Shown: piece by piece, positions 63,845-64,000 of the stretch | How the letters are laid out: each line of letters opens with the position of its first letter | Position numbering within the stretch: position 1 is the first letter of the stretch | Assembly (NCBI GenBank): GCA_030390025.1 | Contig: CM059425.1 | Coordinates: 163,620,001 to 163,684,000 of the forward strand | DNA from: Squalus acanthias | Taxonomy: Eukaryota | Direction of reading: 5' to 3' | Length of the DNA: 64,000 nucleotides | Position numbers and translations under genes: made by a program | Notes under the pieces: generated by a model | What the model was told of the DNA's origin: nothing | What the model saw: the letters and a program-made list of their open reading frames with translations, nothing else | Databases searched by the model: none

Positions 63845-64000
63845 GACCGACAGGTAAAGACCCTCTAGTCCATCAAGCCTGTCCCATATAACTGCGATGC
63901 CTTGTGTATCACAATATATACTTTCCACCGCACCCGAAACCATGTGATCTCCTGGGAGAGGCGAAAAACCAGATTAAAAACCAGGCCAATTTTGGGGGGT
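63845..64000 (-). mobile_element. CR1 3'UTR (same family as 571-1325), runs off the window
   Basis: Close match to 585-725. Confidence 0.75.

Noticed and set aside
1..64000. CRISPR arrays, rRNA or prokaryotic systems
   Set aside because: No regularly spaced repeats or operon-like structure; the sequence is intron-rich vertebrate DNA.

Overview
Vertebrate genomic DNA, most likely a cartilaginous fish (inferred from the repeat families). The only host gene is the 3' part of ELL2 (RNA polymerase II elongation factor) on the minus strand. Seven coding exons (59625-59749, 49563-49656, 36845-37403, 31244-31310, 14459-14630, 13361-13405, 12059-12175) splice in frame with GT-AG boundaries to give 392 codons plus stop, ending in the occludin/ELL domain. 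A ~4.5 kb 3'UTR without recognisable transposons follows; the 5' exons lie beyond the right edge. Introns and flanks are filled with decayed retroelements (CR1, a second CR1-group LINE, L2, tRNA-derived SINEs, two Penelope-like families) and non-autonomous DNA transposons. The most notable non-genic signal is a set of minimal hammerhead-ribozyme motifs carried by the Penelope-like elements. Three intact copies are sense to the ELL2 pre-mRNA, and a 234-bp near-perfect palindrome (3355-3588) is built from two head-to-head hammerhead-bearing termini. Repeat boundaries are approximate, and family names come from recalled motifs rather than database searches.
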